From the sequence record NC_010821.1: a stretch of DNA of 32,000 bases; one strand, 5' to 3'. Below are positions 7,426 to 15,674 of the stretch, piece by piece. The notes beneath the pieces are model-generated. The model made no database searches. It was not told the DNA's origin and was given only the letters and a program-made list of their open reading frames with translations. Position 1 is the first letter of the stretch, and each line of letters starts with the position of its first letter. The position numbers and the translations under genes were made by a program. This stretch comes from Pseudomonas phage 201phi2-1.

Positions 7426-7714
7426 TCAAACCACCAACAGTTAGTAATAGATGATTAGATGGTTCAGGATACGGTGCGGGCTTCTGGAATATATCAACCT
7501 GATGACTAAATACTTCTTTAAGGAACCATTCGAGTCGTTCAAGGGTAGGGAATGGTACCTTGTAATATTCCGTAGCCTTAACCAAAAGACGATCTATAAC
7601 AGGTTTGAGATTCTGCCGTGCAGTATAAACATGAATCCATGCTTTCCGTTTCATTACGTCATGTAACCTAAGTTGTGAAAGAATGTCATCTACGATTTTA
7701 TCAATGTTGTCCAT
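7385..7714 (-). CDS. hypothetical protein (109 aa), member C of a putative tandem paralog triplet
   Basis: In-frame start MDNIDKIVDD at 7714, downstream of the helicase terminator; KAWIHVYTARQNLKPVIDRLLVKATEYY resembles member A. Confidence 0.75.
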   Translation of the reverse strand: MDNIDKIVDDILSQLRLHDVMKRKAWIHVYTARQNLKPVIDRLLVKATEYYKVPFPTLERLEWFLKEVFSHQVDIFQKPAPYPEPSNHLLLTVGGLSAIIFDYEESVYA

Positions 7715-7731
7715 AGTACACCTAAATAAAT

Positions 7732-7751
7732 GCCTCTCCTTTCGGAGAGGC
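7732..7751 (-). terminator. Terminator GCCTCTCC-N4-GGAGAGGC for the helicase-like gene
   Basis: 8-bp perfect stem; the minus strand continues ATTTATTTAGG. Confidence 0.8.
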
Positions 7752-7769
7752 AATATAACGTTTTCTTTT

Positions 7770-9302
7770 TTAGTCCCAAGCGTCATCACCATCGGAACCG
7801 ATATTGTTACCCGGAATAACTCGAATGCAATAGTCTTCTTCTTTATCGATGTCCCACGGCATAGTGCCAACTGGACTCATTGGGATGATGACATATTGAT
7901 CTTCTTCAGGTGTAAGGGTGTTACGGTGCTTACCACGTTGAATAGCAAAGTAGGCCTTACCCTTACGACGGATGATGTGATGGAACAGTTCAAGGTCAGG
8001 TTCTTGACCCAGACGACGGCAACCGTCATAGTAACCTTTGTTCGCCACAACCTGTACGAAGTCTTCTGTGTTCTCACGTTGCAGTTGCAGTGCATCAGAA
8101 CCCAACTGGTGTGGTGACAAGAAGGTAATGCCTCGTGGAGCAGTATAGTTACGCATGCGACGGAACAACAGTCGAATATCGTCACCAGCTACTTTAGCAT
8201 CCAACCCAGTCTTAGGCAGCATATTGAGATAGTCAACACAAAGGAACTGGAGTTCAAAGCCTTGTGCTTGCAGTCCATCAAGATAGTTGACAAAACCAGC
8301 TACTGTAAATTCAGTAGGGTCAAATCGAACCATCTTAGCTTTAAAGCCATTCTCTTCCAAGCGAGAGCATACATAAGCAGCTGCATCACGTTTGTCTACA
8401 TCACGTCGAATAACAGGTTCACCTGTTTCGTTCTCTTTGAGGTAGCAGTACATATGCATCAAGTTGTCAGAGATCTCGTTCTCAAGTGTTACGAACAAAA
8501 CCAAAGGCTTCTTTGTGGAATCCCGCATAAAGGGTCTGTTGAAAATACAGACGTGTAGGAACACGAACATCGCAAAGTAGGATTTACCTTGGTGTTGTAG
8601 TGCAGCAGTAGTGATAAACTCACCACGGCGCAAAGCACCCAAAGGACCCAGTAGACGGTTAACGCCTTTCCAACCCAAACGGAATGCACCATCGGGCGAA
8701 AGAGTATCTTGTGCTTTCTGAAAGATATCCTCTACGGATTCAGGATCGTCAAAATCGATACTACCCATCTCAGCAGGGTGTTTAGATTCAGCACGAGCTT
8801 TTACATAAGGCTCAAGTTTAGCGCCCATTTCAGACACCATACTAACGATGTCCAGATTACCACGGTCTTGGAAGATCAGTTTTTGCGAATATTCTTTTAC
8901 AACAGTCTTAATAGTCACGTCATTAAGATAAACGTTCAGTGTACCACGGCGACTATTAATGGAACGCATGATAGCCATGCCATCAGGGAAGTTCTCTAGT
9001 ACACCTTGCTCAACCGAATCGTAAAGATAAACTTCTTCACGGCAACTAACACGAACCAGTTGCAATACTTCTTGCAACCCAGGGAAAGCATTCTTTGGCT
9101 TCTGATTAAGTTCATTAACCAGATTGCGCAATTCAAGAAAAGTCTGCCGACCAGAGTCATGGTCAGCGGTGGTTTCTTTTACATCTAAAGAAGATACAAC
9201 TTTATCAATCAGCTCCGTTGACGGTGATGCTGGGGAGTCTTCACGGTGCTCAAGGCACAACAATGTAACGCATTGAACTAATAGCTGTTTGGGAGAAGCC
9301 AT
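7770..9302 (-). CDS. DnaB-like replicative helicase / RecA-fold ATPase (510 aa)
   Basis: Walker A-like ALQHQGKS after LRRGEFITTA, Walker B-like FELQFLCVDYLNML, and ITFLSPHQL sensor-like segment. The overall layout matches phage DnaB-family helicases. Confidence 0.8.
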   Translation of the reverse strand: MASPKQLLVQCVTLLCLEHREDSPASPSTELIDKVVSSLDVKETTADHDSGRQTFLELRNLVNELNQKPKNAFPGLQEVLQLVRVSCREEVYLYDSVEQGVLENFPDGMAIMRSINSRRGTLNVYLNDVTIKTVVKEYSQKLIFQDRGNLDIVSMVSEMGAKLEPYVKARAESKHPAEMGSIDFDDPESVEDIFQKAQDTLSPDGAFRLGWKGVNRLLGPLGALRRGEFITTAALQHQGKSYFAMFVFLHVCIFNRPFMRDSTKKPLVLFVTLENEISDNLMHMYCYLKENETGEPVIRRDVDKRDAAAYVCSRLEENGFKAKMVRFDPTEFTVAGFVNYLDGLQAQGFELQFLCVDYLNMLPKTGLDAKVAGDDIRLLFRRMRNYTAPRGITFLSPHQLGSDALQLQRENTEDFVQVVANKGYYDGCRRLGQEPDLELFHHIIRRKGKAYFAIQRGKHRNTLTPEEDQYVIIPMSPVGTMPWDIDKEEDYCIRVIPGNNIGSDGDDAWD

Positions 9303-9430
9303 TTCGAATCCTTGTAAAAATAGTGGAGTGTATCGTGTATCATTATTAATACAAGTATTAGTTTGTAATGTAAATATAGCAATATCAATATGTAGAACTT
9401 TAACCCCTTTAAACCAATAGGTTGTGTACT

Positions 9431-9973
9431 ATGGTCCAACTGCTAGTATTACCTGAAGCTGTGTACGATCAGTACAAAGTAGACGGTGTCCAATTTAACA
9501 GATTGTTAGACACCAACTATATAGCTTGTCCTGACGTGAGTTCAGTCAATGATCTTGCACAGATTGACATTGCGTTGAATGAATTTCCCTTCGTGTTCTG
9601 CCCCGGTACTGGCATTGTCTTGGCCCACAGTCCACGAGTTGGCATTGCTATTGCATCGACTTCTGATGTCGAAAATAAGTTTATGATGCAAGATTTGCAT
9701 AATGCTTTAGAGGAACGCGTCGAAACGCTTTCGCTTCGCCTCGCTAACCAACCTAAGTTAGTAAGTGAATATTCCCTTTATCCTGTAGATGAGAATCTTT
9801 GGGTTGCGGTGCAGAAGAGTCTGCCTATCACCAATAGCGATCCTGAACGGTTAACTTTAATCAGTAACCGTACCTTCTTTGATAGCTTGATCTATGAGTT
9901 GCTGAGAACCTGCAAATTAAGTCAGGTAGCATCAACGAATCTCTTCAACTATTATCTTATGTCTAAGGTCTAG
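9431..9973 (+). CDS. hypothetical protein (180 aa)
   Basis: ATG at 9431; track start 9422 is TTG. Intact ORF upstream of the capsid gene. Confidence 0.7.
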   Translation: MVQLLVLPEAVYDQYKVDGVQFNRLLDTNYIACPDVSSVNDLAQIDIALNEFPFVFCPGTGIVLAHSPRVGIAIASTSDVENKFMMQDLHNALEERVETLSLRLANQPKLVSEYSLYPVDENLWVAVQKSLPITNSDPERLTLISNRTFFDSLIYELLRTCKLSQVASTNLFNYYLMSKV

Positions 9974-10049
9974 TTCCGGTGAAAAATAGATCTTTCACAT
10001 TTAGATACTTGTTTAAAACCAAAACCCATCCTGCGTAGGAAATTAATTA

Positions 10050-12290
10050 ATGAAACATCTTAAATCTCTGAAGTCTGTATTTAAAGCTACTACTGACGCC
10101 CATCAAACTTTCTCGATGGAAGGTTTTGTAAGCGCCATGAAGAAAGAAGACGATCTGGCAGACGGTCTGTTCCAATCGGCTGAACGCGCTGCTGGTCTGA
10201 TCGACTCGATCGGTACTGAATCTTTCGGTTCTAAGCATGATGATGCACAAACTGCATCCAGCCTGTACAAGCAAATCTCGAAGATTGCTCGTGACTATGG
10301 TTTTGAACAATACCTGTCGGCTGACGAACGTGTTGCCGAAAACCAACTGACCGCTGCTGTTCTGGGTTCCCTGGCTGCAACCAACACCAGCAAATACATC
10401 AAAGCTCTGCGCGGTGTATCGAAAATCGTTCCGTCGACCGAAGACATCAAAACCATCACCCAGACCTATAGTGGTCCTGCTGGCGGTATGGATGTATTCA
10501 CTGGCGAAGAAACCAAAGCTGTAGCTCTGGAAAACTACAACGAAAAATCGCAACGTGACTTCCGCGTTGTTACCGTTGGTTATAACCTGGCTGCTTCCCG
10601 TCAGGACGAGTTCGCTGAACGTATCTACCCAACCACCGTTATCAACCCTATCGAGGGTGGTGTGGTTCAGGTTCTGCCATACATCGCTGTAATGAAGGAC
10701 GTTCACCACTCCGTGAACGGTGCTCGTTGGAAGAACGACGAAGTGAACATGGTTGAAGCATACCGTGATCCGTCGATCCTCGACGACAACGCTACCGACC
10801 TGATCCCAGCTATCGATCCAGCCGGTACCAACCTGCATTACTTCGCTGACCCAGCTCTGATCCCAGCTGAGACTGTTGTTAACGAACAAAACCTGTCGAT
10901 CGAAACCGCTCCTCTGAAGCCTGGTATTCGTCTGGACCTGATGGGTAACTCCAACGCTAACCTGCTGATTGCAGCTAACATGCTGGACGTTTCCGACACC
11001 ATCGACCCTGCTGGTCGTCTGAAAGCTCTGTACATCAAGTTCCAGGATAAAGTGATCAAGTTCAAAGTAGACCGCATGCCACGCGCTGTGTTCCAACCAG
11101 ACCTGATCGGTGATACCCGTGGTGCCAAAGTTGACTTCTGGACCGACGACCTGACTGTAAGCTCCGTAACTCGTACTATCGACGGCGTACAAACCGCTGC
11201 CATGTCCGAACTGGAAGCTCGTGGCTGGGTACTGCGTCTGAGCGTAGACTTCACTGGTAACATCTCCACTTCGAAAGGTGATTCCCGCTTCACCAATGGC
11301 GACGCTACTATTGCCAAGATCCTGAACGCTGACCGTCGCGAAATCGACATCACCGCAGGCGATGGTAAAGTACTGGCTGATACCATTACCGATCTGGAAA
11401 TCGTTGGTTTCGAACTGCAAGTTCGCTTCACTAACACTAACCGTCGTCAGCGCGGTCACCTGCTGCAAACTCGTGCTCTGCAATTCCGTCACCCAATCCC
11501 AATGCACGCTCCAGTGACTCTGCCACTGAGCACCATGGAAGATGAAGGTCCAGGTGAAGTTGTTAAAGCTCTGACTGTTAACACCAACATCCGTAACAGC
11601 AACAACGCTGTTAAGACTCTGTTGAACTACCTGGCTCAACTGCGTGAGCTGACCGGTAACGGCTTCAACCGTCCAGTCATCAACGTGTACGAAGGTGCTC
11701 TGGCCGCTGTAATGCGTCCTACCTACCACTACGACACCATGCATCTGCCAGACATGATCGACACCCTGAAGTCGAAAGACCGTTGGGACGACGTCTGCTC
11801 GGCCATCCTGAACAAAGTTAAAGGTATCCTGTTCCCAGCATACCGTAACTCGAACATCGAAGCTGCCTTCCGAGTAATCTCGGGTAACCAAGACGAGCGT
11901 CCGATCTTCCTGTTCTGCACCGACAAAGAAATCGCCAACTACCTGATGACTAAAGGCGACGACCGCACCCTGGGTGCTTACCTGGAATACGACATCGTAT
12001 CCACTAACAACGAACTGTTCGACGGTAAGTTGGTAGTAGTACCTACTCGTAAGACTCCAGTTGAGAACGACATCCTGAGCTTCGGTCAGTTCTTCTACGT
12101 ATCGACCATCATCGCTGACCTGCCTATCACTCGTGGTGGTAATCAGATCACTCGCGAAATCGCAGCTGTTCCATTCAACCTGCACATCAACAACGTTCCA
12201 TTCGCTCTCGAATTCGACGTTACTGGTTTCGAACAGGTAATGGGCCACTCGATGTGGAACAAACCAGTTGTAGACGCCCTGGGCGCTTGA
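10050..12290 (+). CDS. probable major capsid protein, phiKZ-type (746 aa)
   Basis: Size and N-terminal propeptide-like region resemble phiKZ-like major capsid proteins. Very strong codon bias: the antisense frame is open for 733 codons, so TTA/CTA/TCA sense codons are absent. Strong terminator downstream. Confidence 0.72.
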   Translation: MKHLKSLKSVFKATTDAHQTFSMEGFVSAMKKEDDLADGLFQSAERAAGLIDSIGTESFGSKHDDAQTASSLYKQISKIARDYGFEQYLSADERVAENQLTAAVLGSLAATNTSKYIKALRGVSKIVPSTEDIKTITQTYSGPAGGMDVFTGEETKAVALENYNEKSQRDFRVVTVGYNLAASRQDEFAERIYPTTVINPIEGGVVQVLPYIAVMKDVHHSVNGARWKNDEVNMVEAYRDPSILDDNATDLIPAIDPAGTNLHYFADPALIPAETVVNEQNLSIETAPLKPGIRLDLMGNSNANLLIAANMLDVSDTIDPAGRLKALYIKFQDKVIKFKVDRMPRAVFQPDLIGDTRGAKVDFWTDDLTVSSVTRTIDGVQTAAMSELEARGWVLRLSVDFTGNISTSKGDSRFTNGDATIAKILNADRREIDITAGDGKVLADTITDLEIVGFELQVRFTNTNRRQRGHLLQTRALQFRHPIPMHAPVTLPLSTMEDEGPGEVVKALTVNTNIRNSNNAVKTLLNYLAQLRELTGNGFNRPVINVYEGALAAVMRPTYHYDTMHLPDMIDTLKSKDRWDDVCSAILNKVKGILFPAYRNSNIEAAFRVISGNQDERPIFLFCTDKEIANYLMTKGDDRTLGAYLEYDIVSTNNELFDGKLVVVPTRKTPVENDILSFGQFFYVSTIIADLPITRGGNQITREIAAVPFNLHINNVPFALEFDVTGFEQVMGHSMWNKPVVDALGA

Positions 12291-12391
12291 ACTGGAAAGG
12301 GTGGATTCCGTTACATGGAAGATGGTACTACTGTCAGATATGAAGAAAGCGGGATTGCCCGCCGACTAGAGCGGTGACACTAGATCATACG

Positions 12392-12411
12392 GCCAGTCCT
12401 TCGGGACTGGC
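12392..12411 (+). terminator. Terminator GCCAGTCC-ttcg-GGACTGGC after the capsid gene
   Basis: 8-bp perfect stem with TTCG loop followed by TTTATGTTGTCTTATG. Confidence 0.85.
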
Positions 12412-12501
12412 TTTATGTTGTCTTATGGGGTAATACAAAATATTTGAGATTTATATCATTCATTTGATCTTAATATTAATCCTTAACCAAAGGACCCGAT
12501 T

Positions 12502-13020
12502 ATGAGCTTCTTAGCGAACTATTGGAAAGCCGTTGAACGAGCTGTATCTGAGACGGGAATGAATCCAGGGGATATCGTAATCGACATCACCACTGTTAGT
12601 AAAAATACTGACGTGCCTGATGTTGTAGAGTCCTTTGTTAATGATGTAACACAACCCCAACCTGAGCCGGCGCAAGCTGGTAATATGCCCCAACCCAAAA
12701 CTGACTTTGAGGCTAGGGAATCCCTGGCTAGGAGGTCGGCTAGACCAAGCCAAGGAATCGAAGAACTGGAAGAAAACTACGATACCAAAGCTACCACCAA
12801 CAAAACCCGCGTCAAACGAGATGTACGAGTACGTATGGACGAAAGAGATTCCGGGATCACCGTCAGTCCTAATCCGACGAAAGAAGAAAGACGCAAAACG
12901 CGTAAGGCGGAAAACAAGCGTTTAAAGAAACTCGGTGGAGGTAGAAAAGTGAGGTTGATTATTGACGAGGTACGTTTGAATGACAGAACTATATGGTCGC
13001 CACCCGGCGTTGACCGATGA
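12502..13020 (+). CDS. hypothetical protein (172 aa), Pro/Gln-rich middle and highly basic C-terminal part
   Basis: Intact ORF with ATG at 12502 and upstream AAAGGA. Confidence 0.8.
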   Translation: MSFLANYWKAVERAVSETGMNPGDIVIDITTVSKNTDVPDVVESFVNDVTQPQPEPAQAGNMPQPKTDFEARESLARRSARPSQGIEELEENYDTKATTNKTRVKRDVRVRMDERDSGITVSPNPTKEERRKTRKAENKRLKKLGGGRKVRLIIDEVRLNDRTIWSPPGVDR

Positions 13021-14017
13021 CATCAAGCACATTGTTACACCAGGGCAACTACCTCGCCATCTGAATACATCGTTTAATAACAACAATGGTTTCAGCTCTG
13101 AAATGAAGTTTATCAATTCGAGTGGCTGGGATCTGTTGATATTGACAGCAGATGGTTTAAGGTTGCATAGTCCAGTCGGTTCTGGTAAATCAGATGGTAA
13201 CTGTTATTTCATGGTACGCTACAAACTAGGTGGTTACGTAGACCTAGACGTAAGTTGGCGTGCTGAGAATGAACCGTTGGTTAGACAGCAACTAGAAGAA
13301 ATCGAAAGACTAGTTTCGGCTTATCGGCAAGACCCTCTAACTGGTAGACCTACTTATCAGGAAGCGGTTATCGATTTTCACTATCGCGTAGAGTGTATTG
13401 AGTTAGATCATTACAAGCATGGTGTGTGGATTCCTGTACTAGGGATTCATCTGTTTCTATCAAATGGTCGAGACGCACTGTGTAAGCACTATGGTCGATC
13501 TATGTACACTGAAGTGATTGCGTTTAATAATGATTTCGCTAACCAAGAGGAGGTATCCCAGGCGACGGGATGTGGAGTCGTCTACTTTGTCAGTAACCCT
13601 ACTGAGAAAGATCCGATAATCATTAGTAATCGACACTTCAGTGGCGTAGTATTACCAACGTACGATCCCGGTCAAAAGCCTGGGGTTCATATCTACAATG
13701 TGGGGCAACGGAATGATACTACGAATAAGCAGTTAACTGACATCGTATTCATTCCAGTTATTGAGTTTGCAAAGAACGGCATTTATAGAAGTAAAGAAGA
13801 ACTGGAAGCAGCTCTAGATAACTTCGCTCGTAATATGAAAAATCAGAAAGACACAGTGGAATATAAAGAACTGCTTGAGAACATCCGACAAACATTCCCG
13901 GAGTTTTATAAGCGTTATGAAGTTCCTAGGAAGCCATTTGATTTGACTACGTTTATGACGGACGTTGTTGCGGGTATCGCAGCTGCCAGTAAGGTAAAAT
14001 CTGTAATAGGTGGTTAA
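12980..14017 (+). CDS. uncharacterised phage protein (345 aa)
   Basis: Intact ORF, ATG at 12980 after GAGG, overlapping the preceding gene by 41 nt. Confidence 0.85.
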   Translation: MTELYGRHPALTDDIKHIVTPGQLPRHLNTSFNNNNGFSSEMKFINSSGWDLLILTADGLRLHSPVGSGKSDGNCYFMVRYKLGGYVDLDVSWRAENEPLVRQQLEEIERLVSAYRQDPLTGRPTYQEAVIDFHYRVECIELDHYKHGVWIPVLGIHLFLSNGRDALCKHYGRSMYTEVIAFNNDFANQEEVSQATGCGVVYFVSNPTEKDPIIISNRHFSGVVLPTYDPGQKPGVHIYNVGQRNDTTNKQLTDIVFIPVIEFAKNGIYRSKEELEAALDNFARNMKNQKDTVEYKELLENIRQTFPEFYKRYEVPRKPFDLTTFMTDVVAGIAAASKVKSVIGG

Positions 14018-14020
14018 GTA

Positions 14021-15655
14021 ATGATCTCTGAGATGGATGGATTTCTACGTAGTAAGATGCTAGAGCGAACAGCCCCTTTTAATAAGTCTGTAGCTAACGG
14101 GCTGGCACTCGAGCACCTGATGGGGGTTAACGAGGCAGGGCTATGTAATCGTCGAGCTTATATCGACAAGATCTGGGCATTGAACGCACAGATGTTTCCA
14201 GCCGGCTTTAAATATGAAGGTAGTGTGTTGTGCCGTCCTGAACAGATGGCTGCTGAACTAACACGTGAATATGGTTCTAAGCGTACAGCTAACATTGCTA
14301 AAACGAACCATCGGATGATCGCACTCAAGACCTCTTTTAAAGGAGAACCTTGTTTCGATCGGTATATCCTTATTCCGTTCATTAACCAAGATGGTACCTG
14401 CCCACTCAATGGTGCAGTGTATATGCCATCGCCAGTTATGACCGATGTGGGTTATTCGGTACTGGCCAATACAATCTTCATTCCGTTCCGCCGTGCCAAG
14501 CTGACCTTTAAACATGTGGACAACCATTACGTATGCAATGGTCGTCGTGAGATCAAACATGTTATCTGGTCGCAGATCCACAACGAAATGTCTAAGCGTA
14601 CCAAGAAAGATCTCGATAATCGTCATCGTATCGAATCGTGTCTGGCTCATTATTTCTTTTGTGAGTTCGGTGTTAAAGAAACCTTTAAGCGTTGGGCTAA
14701 TGCCGATATTCGTATTGGTAAGTTCTCGGACTTCGATGAACGCAAATACCCACGTGACAAATGGAACGTTTATCAATCGGCAAACTTGGTTGGGAAACAT
14801 CCGACCGGTGACATGGCGGTAGCTATCCCAATCGAATCCGATTCAGACTTCGTACAACGTCTGATGGCAGGTCTCTGGTATGTTGTCGACGCATTCCCTA
14901 ATCGGTTTGTTGAACCCTCTTATCTTGACTCCAGCGAACTCTGGCGTATCATCTTGGGCCTGATGATCTTCGGTGACTTCGAGCACCAAGGTAAACTCGC
15001 TGAGAACGTTGACGCACACATGACCTCGTTCAACGGTTATCTGGACGTCGATACAATCAAAGAGCTGGCATCGGTTAACGTAAAGGTTAACACGATCTGG
15101 GAGCTGCTGTACGAGATCATGACTAGCATGGCTCATCACTTCTATGATACTGACATGGACGAAACCAGTCTGTGGAATAAATCACTGAGTGTACTGCGTT
15201 ATGTATTCGATGATCTCAACTCGGCTGTAACTATGTTCGGTTATGGATTCCAATCCCGACTGGATAAAGACTGGACGATCAATGAGATCAACGATGCACT
15301 CAAGCGTTCGTTCAAGCCTAACACAGCTGTTAGACGACTATCGGTGGACCACGGTGAATTCGATACCGTGAGTTATCCTGGTGATAACAAAGCCATCAAG
15401 CTTACATCGATTGTTGTTCCGCAAGACAAAGCTAAATCTAAAGGTTCGCACAACAAATCGCTGATTGGCGATTCTAGTCGTTTGATTCACGTCTCGCTCG
15501 CTGACGTAGGTCAATATAAGAACCAACCTAAGAACAACCCAGATGGTCGGGGCCGATTGAACCTATACGTTGACGTTGGTCCAGATGGTACCATCCAACG
15601 TGGTAAGGATGATCGCGAGTTCTTAGATTCTGTACAAGCGCGATTCAACCGTTAA
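14021..15655 (+). CDS. uncharacterised phage protein (544 aa)
   Basis: Intact ORF 3 nt after the previous stop. Confidence 0.85.
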   Translation: MISEMDGFLRSKMLERTAPFNKSVANGLALEHLMGVNEAGLCNRRAYIDKIWALNAQMFPAGFKYEGSVLCRPEQMAAELTREYGSKRTANIAKTNHRMIALKTSFKGEPCFDRYILIPFINQDGTCPLNGAVYMPSPVMTDVGYSVLANTIFIPFRRAKLTFKHVDNHYVCNGRREIKHVIWSQIHNEMSKRTKKDLDNRHRIESCLAHYFFCEFGVKETFKRWANADIRIGKFSDFDERKYPRDKWNVYQSANLVGKHPTGDMAVAIPIESDSDFVQRLMAGLWYVVDAFPNRFVEPSYLDSSELWRIILGLMIFGDFEHQGKLAENVDAHMTSFNGYLDVDTIKELASVNVKVNTIWELLYEIMTSMAHHFYDTDMDETSLWNKSLSVLRYVFDDLNSAVTMFGYGFQSRLDKDWTINEINDALKRSFKPNTAVRRLSVDHGEFDTVSYPGDNKAIKLTSIVVPQDKAKSKGSHNKSLIGDSSRLIHVSLADVGQYKNQPKNNPDGRGRLNLYVDVGPDGTIQRGKDDREFLDSVQARFNR

Positions 15656-15674
15656 CTTAAAATCAAAGGGTGTA

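Noticed and set aside
10047-12248. 733-aa minus-strand ORF opposite the capsid gene
   Set aside because: Exactly codon-aligned with the sense gene; its openness follows from absence of TTA/CTA/TCA codons. Composition is biased, with no plausible independent gene context.
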